From the NCBI RefSeq assembly GCF_006345805.1, contig NC_043006.1:81096001-81160000 (forward strand): a DNA stretch of 64,000 nt, written 5' to 3'. This stretch comes from Octopus sinensis. Taxonomy: Eukaryota. Every line of letters starts with the position of its first letter. The first letter of the stretch is position 1. Positions 1-14,145 of this stretch are shown one piece after another. The translations under genes and the position numbers were made by a program. The notes below the pieces were generated by a model, which was given only the letters and a program-made list of their open reading frames with translations, did no database searches and was not told the origin of the DNA.

Positions 1-1948
1 GTGTGTGTGTGCCTGTGCATTTATATCACCCGCCGACTCTTAGTCTATAGCAACAGTCCGGATACTTATTGATTCCACCACAAATATGGGCACTTACGCT
101 CACGGATCTTTTCCTTTTGATAGCCAGATTTCAACACAATTTCTAACTTTGTTAACTAAACAATTTGAAACTTTGTACACTGGTAGAATGTGTCAAAAGA
201 AAACATTATTTTGACTTGGCTTTTTTGATAAGTTTGTAATTTGTAAGTTTAACGTAGTTTAATTCTTCGAATTTTAACCAATGAATCGCCAGTATTTGAG
301 CTGAAATCATATGCTGCGTCTATCATGAGAATGTTGAAGAGTTCACAAACCAGAAATCAGACTTAGTCTTTCATTAACATTCTCTTGATGAAATTCGGTG
401 TTTCACTTCAATTAATGTTTGAAAATGATTAAGTATTTAGTAAGATAAGCTTGTAATTAAACATAAATACACATGAAATTTTGATGGCAGGCTTTATTTT
501 ACATCGCTTTAAAACAGGGTGTTTCTATTGTAGAACCAAACACCCTCTTAGGTGGGTTAGTATCAAGAACATTTAAAATACATGTTTACGTAAACATGCC
601 GCCTAATGTTTTAAGAACACAGAATATTTTCAAGATTAGACGGGAATCCTTTTTGAAGCGGAATAAAACAAATACTGACTTGATGTGTAATATTTATCAG
701 ACCTGTGATTCTCAGAGAGATATATTTACTTAATAAATTTGAAATATTCTGCAACATACCGTAATCTCACTTGATAAGTACGGACATTCTTGTTATCTTT
801 TATTTCATTCTGTTATTTGATTGCAGCCATACTGGAGCACCGCTTTGCAAACCGTGATTAATTTTTAACGATAAAAGTATCAGAATGAATTTTAGGTTAG
901 CAAAATACAAACTTATAAACAGGCACGTATATTTTTTTACTGCTTAAAAGTGAATATTCACAGACGGACAATGGAGGAGATACCTGACCAGATAGAATGG
1001 ATAAAGTGGACTGGGAAGCAAAATTCTTCTGTAATGCCACATCAAAGCTTCGTAGAAGTACACGAAAGCTATTGCAATTCATACATGGCTTGAAGTCTAT
1101 CCGTTGTACTCAGTCTACTAAATTATACACCATGCTACACTATGGGTTGCTTATTAAATACAGGCAGACATCCCCCAAATCAGTCTATCTATCTATCTAT
1201 TTATTTCTCTGTTTTCTCTTAGTTTTTTTGTGTAAGCTGCATAGATTCATAAAGTGTGATGTACTTAAGTTGAAAGAGTATCTCCACTTAAGCAGTCGTT
1301 CGATACACGTAATAGAAACTATTTGACATGAATTTATATATTACCAGTTAAGTTCCATTCGTATAACTACTCTTCGATGAAATATCATTATTTCTTAAGA
1401 TTGTTTGCTTTTCACGCTTCCATCTCCATGCAAACTCACCGTTGTTGACGTCTTAGCTTCCCTTTCATCTATCACATAACAACTTACACTGTAAAGCTCA
1501 ATAAGAGCTTACAGTGTAAAGCTTTCCTTAATCCTTCTTTATTTGATCTGCGATCGCCTTGATTTGTTTACTTACATGTTATTCTTCCAAACGCAAGATA
1601 ATCTGATAGTTATAAGTTTTCGAGTAAAGAAAATCTAAAACGAATGTTTAATCTCATGGCTGTTTCAGATTTTGTCTGTAGCATTCTCAGAACAGAGGAT
1701 GGTGACTATTTTCAGTTTGAATGGCCGCAGGTCGATGACTGGTAAAATAATTATGAGGAAATCAGACGGGGAATATGGCTTATTCATAAGGCTTAGGGCA
1801 TAAATTTTCATAAGTTTTGAGAGCAATGACTTTATGCATGCAAACACATGGACACGTATGTACATACACACGCACATATTTACGAACAAATGTCTCTCTA
1901 CTTACCTGTCTATCTATCTCTCCATTTGTCTCTCTGTCTGTCTCTCTG

Positions 1949-1977
1949 ATACATACATACATACATACATACATACA

Positions 1978-2006
<29 letters not shown>
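1949..2006. repeat. (TACA)n microsatellite
   Basis: Direct tetranucleotide repeat; it produces the spurious YIHT/MYVC ORFs. Confidence 0.95.
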
Positions 2007-2011
<5 letters not shown>

Positions 2012-2586
2012 CTGATAAAATTCAACTTCCTTCCTTAGCTCTGTGATTCTTGTAAATTTCAATAACAATCTGTTCCTCTACACGAAAAGACTGTCGCTTT
2101 GCTTCTTACACGGATTATAATACAGCAGTTCTCAGAAATTTCGCACTATTGTATCCAAAATTTCTTCACATAGCTTGATTAACAATTTACTATGAACTAT
2201 ATATGGACAAGCACATATTCTGTAAGTTCAAGACCTTTCATCGGATCTCCAGGAATCAAACTTTCTTCAATGCAGTTAAACTCACACCCTCATTTGTATC
2301 TTCACTCTCTGGAAAACTAGGATGTTTTGAAAATTTTTTAATAACCTGTATAAGACTAATTGAACTCTTAAAAACCAATATGTTATCTAAATTCTCATTT
2401 TTATAGAATTTTCCATGAGGTTTCATAAGTGTAACATTACCCCTTTTGATGTTTGGGAATCTCTGATGTTTTTTCGGCTGATGAGTACGAGCCACCTATA
2501 TTTACTGCAATTTTTGTAGCTTTATTAAAGATGTCCTCGTACGAAACAATTGTACCGATATATTGAACCATTCTTGTTGCTTTTTT

Positions 2587-2637
<51 letters not shown>

Positions 2638-3331
2638 TCATGCATAAACAGGCATATACAAATATATACACATATCTGCGTCCTATACATATACATCCTA
2701 ATTTATTCTGCCATAAATCACAAACCGTCGTCACTTGACATCCGATAATATTCATTTCATCCATAGTAGCTATGTTCTGCCTTCCACCCTCACCATCGTC
2801 TCTTAGTACCGGCTTGTTTATCTTGATAATATATAAATTATCCAGAGCATATTGTTCTCTCGTTCGCTTTTTTGGTGAAATACACAGACTTTGACATCAT
2901 TATATTTCTGTTTCATATACTAACAATTTTCCTGTTTCATATATTAATGTCGAGATGGAGGTAGAAACGAAATATTGATGGTGAAACAAGTAAATATATT
3001 TGTGAAACACTGAAAATATTGAAGCAGGAAATGATCGTAAGATGGGGAAAGGAAGTAACATGCTACGATTGTAAATTACGTTGTATATCATGTAATGAAA
3101 ACGTTGAGAAATGTTCTGCAAACACTGAATTATATTATACTGCTGTGTATTTTTTGTTTTACTCCATTCTTCACTTTGATTATACTGGAAAACAACTGTT
3201 CAGAGCACAGTCTGTTCTATTGTTTCAAGTATTACCTGGATCTGGGGACAGTTTGTACTCAAATATGAAAACGATCAACAATACGATCTACCAAATCTGT
3301 CGAACATCGTCATCTTGCGAATAGATTCATA

Positions 3332-3606
3332 GTAAATGGCACTCAGTCAGTTACGACGACGAGGGTTCCAGTTGATCTGATCAACAGAACAGCCTGCTTG
3401 TGAAATTAGTGTACCCTGAACGTAGTTCTCGGGGAGATTCAGCAGGGCACAGAGTGTGGTAGGGCTGACCCTTTGAAATACAGGCACTACTCATTTTTGC
3501 CAGCTGATTGGACTGGAGCAACATGAAATAATATAACCCTGGCAATGAACTTACAACCTTGCAATCGTGAGCCGAATACCCTGGCCACTAAGCCAAGTAT
3601 CTTCAC
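3332..3606 (-). mobile_element. tRNA-derived SINE, degenerate
   Basis: Reverse strand begins GTGAAGATACTTGGCTTAGTGGCCAGGGTATTCGGCTCACGATTGCAAGGTTGTAAGTTC (A-box TGGCTTAGTGG, degenerate B-box), followed by a GC-richer body. Confidence 0.7.
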
Positions 3607-5256
3607 AAGTGTTATAGTAACACTGAAAGATCTTATTGTAAAGTTCTATTTGGTCAATATCTAAATGAATTTGTTCTAAAGTCTGAACATATTGAAAATT
3701 ATACTTATATCTTTATCACCGGATATATTTATGTCGAAGATAATGTATAAATCGTGTTTGGTGTCTGAAGGAAGAGATGTTAAGAAATGACGATAAAAAG
3801 CTCTTTTTTTTACAAGAACAAACGTCCATTAGTGAATTATTCATTATGAGAGATCATAAATATAAACCGCAATAATTCCATGTCCTTGTATGCTATCACA
3901 ACGTCGTTCTTCAAGTCGAACAACAATTGGTTATGTTTCACAGTGTGATACATTAAGTTATATAAGTATCACTCTCATCAATTTATTTTTTTATGAGATG
4001 AAATACTTCATGACTACTGAATATAACTCAGATCTACCATCAAAATAACATAAAAACTCTCAGGTTTTACTCAGGGAATTCAACCATTTGATACACATGC
4101 ACGAACATGCAAACAAACGTTCACATACATACCCTTTCAGATACATCGATGAATGCCCGTGGCTGAGTAGATGGGCTGTTCGATTCGCAATAGGGTTATG
4201 AGGGGACATGTTGAACAAGGAGTTCTATCCTCGAGAAACACTCTCCATTTTACGTTGCACCAGCATGCTCTCTCTCTCTCTCTCTCTCTCTATCTATATA
4301 TCTATCTATCTCTTCTTTGTGGTTACATCTTGAATGTGGCGTAGGGTCAAAAGTAAGAAGGTTAAACATTGTATTTACGTCTGCTGCCAACTACATATGA
4401 AGCAGAAGCATACACGCTCTCGATTGATGGCTGGTTGCACTGTGCTTCCGACATTCAATTTCATAGACACACAGTTTCTCTATCTTGCACGAATATCAAT
4501 ATCAATACTGCTAAGTGATAAATAATATTTTACTGGTGAAACAACTGAATATTTAGAAGTAAGATTAAATTTATTTATTATATATGAGTGCTGAATGGAC
4601 TTCATGTTTTCTCTCTGGAGGAGAAGCACTAAGATAAATACAGTTTGTAGATATTTATGCATGGGACTTTCACTAAACATATATAATGAGGTGAAGTTAC
4701 TAGATTTTGTTTTCTGTCAGATAATGGTGATAAATAAAAATTTAAAGTTATGAAGTCGAAGATACTTTTATCTATTGCAAAGGGGAAAATAAATCATATT
4801 CTATAAATAGTAGCAAATATACTGTGCGTAAAATAGGATTGTGAAAGAATTGTATTGGTATGTAAAATCTAAAGGTCATGTATTGTTAAAGATTAATGGA
4901 GAATGCAATTTGATAAGAGAAATATATAGCTGTGTTGGGAGAAGTATGGTAACATGGTAGATGCATGCAAAGTAGCCATGTTTGTGTGTTTGTGCGTGTG
5001 CGTGACAATCCGAGTGCTTGTTTATGTGTGAAGTGGTCGCTTGCGTATGCACTTTGTATGCATACATGAGTGTATGGGTGTGCATTCTTGTTTGTGTATG
5101 CGTATATGATTGTTTGTAAGTATTTGAACGTTTATGAGTACCGTCGTTTGCGTTTGTATGCATGTTCTGTATTTGTTCGCTTGTTAATATGAGCAAATTA
5201 ACGTCTTAAATTGTAAATATACATATTTATATGTAATGCATAGAAATATATTTTCT

Positions 5257-6244
5257 GCGGGGAAAACAGAGGCTGGAACGGTTATCATGGCTCAAACAGC
5301 TTACAAGGACGCTGCCATGAGAAAACATAAGTTTACGAGTGGTTTTCACGCTTTAGATATAGTCACTTTTCGCTTGAAGACCAACCTCGTTCAAGGCAAC
5401 CGTTAACCTCCCGGACGAAGGAAAACATCACGAAAATATATGAGCTGAACTTGAAGAACCGTTGCCGAAGAATTGACGAACTTGACAACGCTCCTGCTTA
5501 CGAATTTTGAGTGAGGAATTGTAAAAAGAGTTGCAGCAAAATTTGTGCCTCGTTTGCTCACGAAGGATTAAATGCAGTCCCGAGTGAATGCGTTTCGTGA
5601 ACTGTAAAAACAGCTGGAAGTTGAAACCGGGCCATTTTTGAAGGTCACCACTGGTGACGAATCTGGTGCTACGGCTACAACCCGGAAATGAAGCAGTAAT
5701 CAAGTTAATGGAAGCATTCCATGTCACCAAGCCATGCAAAAGCGCATCATGTGAAGTCCTAAGTCAAAATGATGTTGATTTGTTTTATCGATGGAAAAGG
5801 AATTGTCCACACAGAATTTGTTCCTCTTGGTCAAACTGTTAACCAGACATTTTACATGGCAGTTCTGCATGATTGGCGAGACATCGTGAAATGAAAACGA
5901 CCTGTGGGAAAGTTGAGAGTGGTAGTTTCATCGCGACAATTGCCCCGCTTATCCACACTCCCTAGTTATCCCCTCTTGCTTCTTGCGACTTCTTTTCGTT
6001 GCCCCGAATGAAAAAAAACCTTAAAGGAAAATGTTTTGCAGATGTGCAAAAGGAGAAGGGAAAACGACGGAGGCCTTAGAAGGCATAACTTTGCAAGAGT
6101 TTTAGAACTGCTTGAAGATGCGTCTGGACCGAAGGATTGTTTCAAATAAAGAATACTTTGAAGGCGATAAAAGTGTAAACATGTAAAACTAAGTGAATAA
6201 AATAATATTCCAAAATACCGGTTTCCTTCGGGTACCACTTCGTA
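5257..6244 (+). mobile_element. mariner (Tc1/mariner) transposon remnant with pseudogenised transposase
   Basis: Translation across frameshifts gives QTAYKDAAM, YEWFSRFR, EDQPRS, AAKFVPRLLT (WVPHEL-like), VTTGDE, HRDN and a YSPDLAPCDF-like block. The right TIR ends ...GGTACCACTTCGTA into (TATG)n. Confidence 0.9.
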
Positions 6245-6246
6245 TG

Positions 6247-6280
<34 letters not shown>

Positions 6281-6345
6281 TGTATGTATGTATGTATGTA
6301 TGTATGTATGTATGTATGTATGTATGTATGTATGCATGTATGTAT
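6243..6345. repeat. (TATG)n microsatellite abutting the mariner TIR
   Basis: Direct repeat. Confidence 0.95.
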
Positions 6346-8771
6346 ATATATATTGTGTGTGTCTATGTGAATACTTGCATAAATACACACACATATATAC
6401 ATATGCATATTACTTATATGTATTATGCACACACACGCGCGCGCACACACACATGCACTATGCGTTTGAGAATAAAAATGGCCCCACAAAATCCATACTC
6501 TGTTGATTAGATTATATATGTATGGGTAAAATAAATCTGAAAATGTTTGTTAGAAAATACTAGGAATGCATAATGCCCTTGGAACACGTTTCCTAGCGAC
6601 AGCTTCTCAACTAATAAAAGGTTCAATAGATAGATATAAATTGTAATATAACTCAATGTACTAATTCACCTAAAGATGCAAATGAATAAATACGTACTCA
6701 CACAAACACATATAAGACCCCCCAAAAAACCGTTATACTTGCGCATACCTAAATGTGTGTATTCGTCTGAATGGACTTACATGTATGTACACCTGTCCAC
6801 ACCTACATGTTTCCTTATACCAATATTCACATAATACATAACTGGAGCATATACAAATTAGTATACTTATACAAGTGCTCATATCTAAATAGATGTAACA
6901 CATAGGAACTGCCATATTCCATTTCAGCGTATTTTATAGCTGTTATAAAATATACGATTTAGTTAAAGCTGTTTATAGAGTTAAACCTGGTTATAGACTA
7001 CATATATGTTTGCACACGCTTTTTTTTCTAATATGTTTACATAATGTAATATTCTCATAAAATACCTATTTATATATAATACAAATATAGCTGCATAAAA
7101 CTTTTACGTGAAAAGTACTTTTGTATTTACTTACGGAAAATCTACAATGAAATGATTTCACAATAAAAACTGCATTTCTATCTCAAAAGATTTCCAGTTA
7201 TCATTTCAGTTATATGTGAGCTTTAGGTTTTACATAAGAAAAATGTGACGCTCTTTGTTTAATTTACTTAACTCTCCTAGCATAAGTTAACATTCCCAAA
7301 CCTCAGTCATTTTATTGTAACTGAAACTTTCATGTATAGATATAAAAATACATTTTTCTCTTCCCTGTACGCAGTTCTGTCAGAAAGAACTAAATGGCAT
7401 AATCCCAAACCATTTTTGTTTTACTATAAAATTATATATTACTTGCTTTGCTATGTTTATTTATATGTACCAGACCACGATAAAAGTGGGATACAGTTAT
7501 TCATTAGCTTCATTAGAAATGTATTGACGTAACTAATATAAACAAATCAATCAAAATAAAAGTACAATAGAGTCTGTAAAATGCTTCGTATTTCTTTACT
7601 AAATAATATATGAATTGGATGATAACAATTTCCCTTGTTGCTTTGAAGCTAAGCACCAATTAAAAGAAATATCTTAAATATATTATAAGAATATTTCTGT
7701 ATAGAAATGCTTTAATTGCCATTGATTTCCTTTTTTCCCTTAGTAGAAATTTGTTTAAAATGTGTTAATCTGTGTAAAGCAAATTCTTAGAAAAGACCTA
7801 ACATGCTGAAATGAATATTGAAGGTATTTTTCTATTGAATTTCTGTTCAAGATATTCAAGTCATTTTAGTTTCAATTTTCCATTAAATTTATTTTGAAAC
7901 ACCTTAAACTCAAAATAAACACCAGTAGAATGAAAAAACGATCTCTGTATTCAAGGAGTAAAAGTAATATAAAAACAATATCATTTCTTTCGTTCATAAT
8001 TACTGAAATTGTGATTTTCTAAAAATAGTGAATCAATTTCCACTTTAAATTTCTAATGAATTCTACTTATTTTTAATACATTTCTTACATTTCAATTTCC
8101 CAAAATAACTTAGAATTTAAGATACATGAGATTAATCCTTTCTACGAAAATTTGATGGAGACAAAAAGAATACAAAAATATTAAAAAGCAAATAATACCA
8201 TAAATATGTGTGATTATGGTTATTTTCAACTAAGAAAGGTTTTTGACGAAAATAAATCATACTAGAAAAATATTTAGAAATTCTGCCTAACAAGAAAACT
8301 CTGGGAAGTTATTGCTTAGCTCACGTTCTGCAATGCGTTTTACGTCAGCATTCAAATTGAAATATCCTGATGGAACTGTTTTAAGAGAAGCATACATTTC
8401 AGTTACCTTGTTAATGTGGAAATGTGCATTTTAAGATTATAAAATTTGTAATACATTTACTTGATGTTTTCTCTCTTCTATAAACTGCTGTATTGCTCTC
8501 TAGAAGCACAAGAATGAACGAGTTCCTACATGTAATGATTGTTTAAATCATTGCAGCAGTGGTGCAATTTCTTTTCACCACCACTAGAAGAATTCCAAAC
8601 TATCTTGCATAGTATATTCTTCAGCAAACATCTGCAGCTGTTGTCTTCCAACAGCCCAAGAAACACTTAAAGTTATAACGCAATACACCAGACAGAGGAA
8701 CAATGTAAATCAATTCTAAAATCTTCAATTGATTTTTGAAACTTACTATTCTCAATATGATGGCTATCGTT

Positions 8772-8879
8772 AAGGTGGCAGGTTGGCAGAGTCGTTAGTA
8801 CACCGGGCAAAATTCTTTGCGGCATTTCGTCTGTATTTACGTTCACAGTTCTAGTTTCTCTGAGGTCAACTTTGCCTTC
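8772..8879 (+). mobile_element. 5' fragment of the GGCGGCGAGCTGGCAG SINE family
   Basis: Diverged match to the head of the copies at 30721 and 62755, ending GGTCAACTTTGCCTT. Confidence 0.7.
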
Positions 8880-9530
8880 TGTAGCAATACCATTTTAGCC
8901 ATTTTGAATTGTGGCGCGAAATTGTTCTTAATCGTGCTTTGGGCTTTAACTGTCCTTTCCAGCATGTGAGCTATCCTTTTAAATGTCACCAATTTTATGT
9001 ATAAATACGTAAACTGTTTGTACACTATTTTATATACATATGTGTGTATGTGTGTGTGTGTGCGTCTGTATACATACATACATATACACATATATAATTC
9101 CTTTTTGTAATAATGGTCTCGAAGCACTGGATTGAATTACCGTTTCGAATAGCAAAGTATTTGCTTGTCCGTGAGACTTGAACTTATATCCGTAGATCTG
9201 GCAGCCATTCTAGGATTGGGGCGAAGTATTCTTCGAATTTCTCTGTCCATTTTAGAAATATTACTGTTACCAACGTCATAAGAATATTACAAATTTTCCT
9301 CAGAGGGTGAAATGATCCTTTTTTTCTTTAAAACAATGTTTTCGAAACACATCCTATACAGCTATAAAGAATGGCATTGAGTTTTTTCTATCCGAAAGTG
9401 TTTTTCACCCTAATATTTGCATGCTCTTCTTTATAGTTTTTTGTAATACGCTTCGGAAATATCAAAGAAAGAGAAAAATAAAATAAAAATATTCACATTG
9501 TCTTGAAAGTTTATAACATTCTTATGACGT

Positions 9531-9570
<40 letters not shown>

Positions 9571-9586
9571 TATATATATATATATT

Positions 9587-9647
<61 letters not shown>

Positions 9648-9651
9648 TATA

Positions 9652-9703
<52 letters not shown>

Positions 9704-9725
9704 ATATATAATATATATATATATA

Positions 9726-10368
9726 TTTAACAATTAAGGATAACCTCTTAATAAGGGATCTTAACAAGAAATTATCAGGTAGTTAGCGTGAAAACCTCAT
9801 AAAAGAAAAGAATTCGAAAATAATTTTTTTCTTTTGAACAAATTAATTATATCTATATTGTATAGAGGGCATTAATACACATAAATGCCTCACACTAAGA
9901 GGGACAAAGTCATTACTACCAAAATTACACTAATCATACCTAAATGCAGTTCTTCAAAGCAAGACATTTTAAAGTGTGAGGCATTTATGTGTATTAATGC
10001 TCTCTATACAATATAGATATAATTAATTTGTTCAAAAGAAAAAAATTATTTTCGAATTCTTTTCTTTTATGAGGTTTTCACGCTAACTACCTGATAATTT
10101 CTTGTTAAGATCCCTTATTAAGAAGTTATCCTTAATTGTTAAATGTATTCCGAAATACTTTTCCTACCCGACATGCAGTTCGAATAAGCCCGCCATTTAC
10201 CGAATATATGATTTATAAACATTCCATGTGCTTGGCCGGAGTGAATAGATGTCTGTTCGTCTTCGCTAGGTAAGGTTGGTGGTTTATTTATGATGTGTTC
10301 AGAATCAGTTCTGCTGAGGATCATAAGACGTAAGTTAAATGTGAAATCACGGTGATACAGAAGTAAAT
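9726..10368. mobile_element. non-coding hammerhead-bearing element (retrozyme/non-autonomous PLE-like), copy 1, with inverted arms
   Basis: 9726-9897 is the near-perfect reverse complement of 9973-10143. The whole block is homologous to 34266-35250, is flanked by (TA)n on both sides and has no credible ORF. Confidence 0.85.
10307..10364 (+). ncRNA. type I hammerhead ribozyme (slightly degenerate copy)
   Basis: AGTTCTG-CTGAGGA-TCATAAGAC GTAA GTTAAATGT-GAAA-TCACGGTGA-TA-CAGAAGT; conserved CUGANGA/GAAA/UH core with three stems. Confidence 0.7.
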
Positions 10369-11404
10369 ATATATCTATATATATATATATATATATATGC
10401 ACACCAGTGAATGTGGCCATGTGTGTATGGGAAGGTGTGTGCCTATGCGCATTAACTTATGTATGTGTACTGCTATTTTATACTCTTTAAACACGCATTT
10501 CTGAAAAAATGTTGTTTGATAATATATCCACATTTTCCTGCCAATATTCATCCCACATATAACCTGTTAACAAACAAATCCTTCTCAACCATACTGATAG
10601 CACTCATTTTGTTTAAGCGCACTCTCTCCCACTTTCTCTCTTTCTCTTTTCTCTCCCTATCTTTCTCTGACCCCCTAGGTCTTTCCTGATATTAAATATT
10701 TTAAATGTGCCGTATTTGTTTCTTTCTACACACACACACATACATATATGGGGGTAGGTATTTGTGCACATGGATGCTTTAATATCACTATACGTATGTT
10801 TGTGTGCATTGCGAATTGCTCAATTTGCTCGTACGAATAAGGCATTCGAATGCCTAATTGGCGTTGTGTGGTGCATGGCTGTATCTGTGTATATGACAGA
10901 ATTCATGTAAGTTTATTTTATATATGTTTGTGTAAGCTTGAAATTATATTTACGTGTCTTTGCTCATATATGTATTGATGCATATGTAAAACATGAGTGC
11001 AGGAATACATCTATAATTAAAGTATAACTATGTTTATCGCGATATATATATATCAATCCATCCATCCATATAGCTAGCTATCAATGTATCTATCTATTAT
11101 CTACTCGTAAATACTGCGTGTTATCACGAAACCTCGCTAATTATCCACTGCAAGTTTTGTTAGTGTCATTCATTGCAGCCTGATGATTGCTGACGAAAAA
11201 AATAAACGCAATGTTTGCTTTCTTCGAACGGAAAAAAAGACAAAGAAAATTGTAATCCACAACACACGAGTTGCTGCGGCAATTCCAATTAGTGTATCAT
11301 AATTAGACCACATACGCAGACACAACCTCACGTGTACCTGCGTATGTATGCGTGTATGTATGTATCTCTCCTTCTCTCTCATTTACCTCCCACCTCTCTC
11401 TCTC

Positions 11405-11446
<42 letters not shown>

Positions 11447-11478
11447 AACACAGAGATATGTAGTGTGTATATATATAC

Positions 11479-11604
11479 GCCTTTCATCCATTCGGGGTCG
11501 ATAAATAAAGTACCAGTTTCGCACTGGGGTCGATGTAATCGACTTAATCCTTTTGTCTGTCCTTGTTTGTCCCCTCTATCGTTAGCCCCTTGTGGGCAGT
11601 AAAG

Positions 11605-11608
<4 letters not shown>
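11479..11608 (+). mobile_element. 3' half of SINE (GCCTTTCATCC...GGGTCGATAAA...AGTACCAG domain; tail GCCCCTTGTGGGCAGTAAAGAAATA)
   Basis: Matches the 3' half of the full copy at 30721-30950; inserted in (TA)n. Confidence 0.85.
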
Positions 11609-11641
<33 letters not shown>

Positions 11642-12234
11642 TGTGTGTGCGTGTGTATGCGTGTATGTGCATTAATAGATAGATAAACAGAAAGATAGAT
11701 AGATAGATAGATAATATAAGAATGTGGCATTGTAAAGAGAAATTTGCTCTCATTTCCATTTTTCGTAGATTTCTAGAGTTTGTTTTGGATCATTGAATTT
11801 TCCAAGTCCATTAACAACTTCAGAGCGTTACAATCTTATCTCAAGGATGATGTGTTTGATGTTTTATAATAGACAGGAGGGAATGAGATCAATGATTTAT
11901 AGGTTGTGTCGTCGACCGGCGGAGAATCTTTATTGTTCCAAAGAAACTATAAAATATTTTCAAATACGAAAAAGCGTTAACAATATTAAATCACATTCAA
12001 TTCGCTATTTTCGAAAGAAAAATACACAAAGAAGCACTTATACTTCTGTATGTAAGTTTTAATCGTAGAAGAGACAAGGAAAAACACTTGAATACAATAT
12101 TTATAATACACCGGTGCCAAAGATCGATTTCGAGATTGTGGCAGTTGGGGAACCGAGGAATTCATTCACCAAAACATGTCCATGAAAGTGTTGCAGTACA
12201 TTTTTAAGAACAACAGTACAGAATCTAATACGTG

Positions 12235-12272
<38 letters not shown>

Positions 12273-12933
12273 ACAATTGAGTAGTAAAATAAATTACTTT
12301 GCCACATACTGGACTTAGTAGAAATAGCAGCCAAAAAAAAAAATTTTTAGCCATTTCTACTACTTAAAGAAAATTTCTCTCAGATAATGTTTACTCCAGG
12401 CAGCTCACGAAGGTTTGGAGGTAAATACAGAAAATTATCACAAGTACATAGATCGTTTGAGTACGTCAACGTTTCAAGATTAGCCAAATAAAATCAGCAT
12501 TTCTTTCGTCAGCTCAAAATTCCAAATTTGGATTTGGAAACACTAAAAAGAAGGAACTTTACCTCTTGGCGAACTTGTCGCTTCAAATGAACCAGCTCCA
12601 ACTGCTAGTGCCAACAAATTCAAAATGCGCAGGCGTAAATCTCTGCAAACCTTTTCCACCCACGTGGTCTATCTAGCAAACATTATATTTTAACCGCGAG
12701 AACCAAGGCAGTATGACAGAGAGAAATGAATTATAATATCAACAATTGAGGGTAAAATTAATTAATCAATTTCACCAAGTGTTCAGTATGTAAAAGGACC
12801 ATTTAAGGCGAATTCAAAATATTACATTATATAATTAGGGCTTTATTATATATATATATATATAGATATATATATATATTATATATAATATATATATATA
12901 TATTATATATATATATAATATATATATATATAT

Positions 12934-12976
<43 letters not shown>

Positions 12977-13194
12977 TACATATATATATATATACATATA
13001 TTGATTTCCTACATAGACACATACATATATGCAGACACACGTTCACACACGCACACATACATACACATATATAATATATATAGGTGAGTATATATGTGTC
13101 TGTGTGTGTGAGCGCGTGCCTGTATGCGCGCGTGCGTGTGTGAATGTGTAAATGCATATATGTATGTACAAGATTTATATATCTCACTATCTAA

Positions 13195-13225
<31 letters not shown>

Positions 13226-13832
13226 AATTATGTGTATGTGTGTGTGTGTGTCTGTGTGTGCGTCTGTGTCTGTGTTACACTAAGAATATCAAACAGACAC
13301 GTATATATAAGAGAAAAGTATGTGAGACTTGCAAACACAATTCCAGAAGTTGTCAGAACCAAGGTTATCTGTAAATTCTATTTATATGGTACCTGCTGGG
13401 CATACAAATGGAGCAAACTGCAAGTTTTTTCCTATTCTGAACATTATCGGAATTTCGGCCCACGACAAAAGTAGTAAGAACATATAAAAGGGCAAATCAT
13501 TCAACACCGACCTGTCTCGGGCTTCCTGAGAAAAGGTAAAGCGATTCCCCTCAGCAAACCTCAAAAGGCAGTATGCAGAGGCTGTGCGAACTACAGCTAT
13601 CGAGTAGCAAGTTTTGTGAAGGCAGCACAGCGACTAAAATGACTGCATATGATGCGAATTCAAAACCAAGCACTTCAATAAACAAGACCACCACAGGTGA
13701 TCGATTCAAGATAGTGACACATATTCCTACTAAATACTGGAAGTTTATTACAGCTCGATACCAGAGCTAAAGTTCTTTATCTGAAAGAGCATGTCACATG
13801 CACAGATATATACACATACGTATATGCATACA

Positions 13833-14145
13833 TGGAGGCGCAATGACCCAGTGGTTAGGGCAGCGAACTCGCGGTTGTAGGATCGCGGTTTCAATTCCCA
13901 GACCGGGCGTTGTGAGTGTTTGTTGAACGAAAACACCTAAAGCTCCATGAAGCTCCGGTAGCGAGTGGTGGCGATCCCTGCTGTACTCTTTCGCCACAAC
14001 TTTCTCTCACTCTTTCTTCTGTTGGCCTGCTCGCTTAGTCAGCGGAATGACGTCATTTGAAGGCTAAAATTATGCGAAGCGCATTGTGACCAGCGATGTG
14101 TAACAACATCTGATAGCCTGATCGGTCACGGTGGTCACGGTGATA
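13833..14145 (+). mobile_element. tRNA-derived SINE, apparently full length
   Basis: Head GGAGGCGCAATGACCCAGTGGTTAGGG...GGTTTCAATTCCC (A/B boxes); tail (GGTCACGGT)2. Its 3' end recurs on the minus strand at 44821 and 47430. Confidence 0.85.

Noticed and set aside
2180-2500. ORF 2256-2495 as a gene
   Set aside because: Short, with no motif or homology recognisable from sequence alone.
13833-13910. tRNA gene
   Set aside because: The tRNA-like head continues into a SINE body whose tail recurs elsewhere; there is no proper acceptor stem or terminator.
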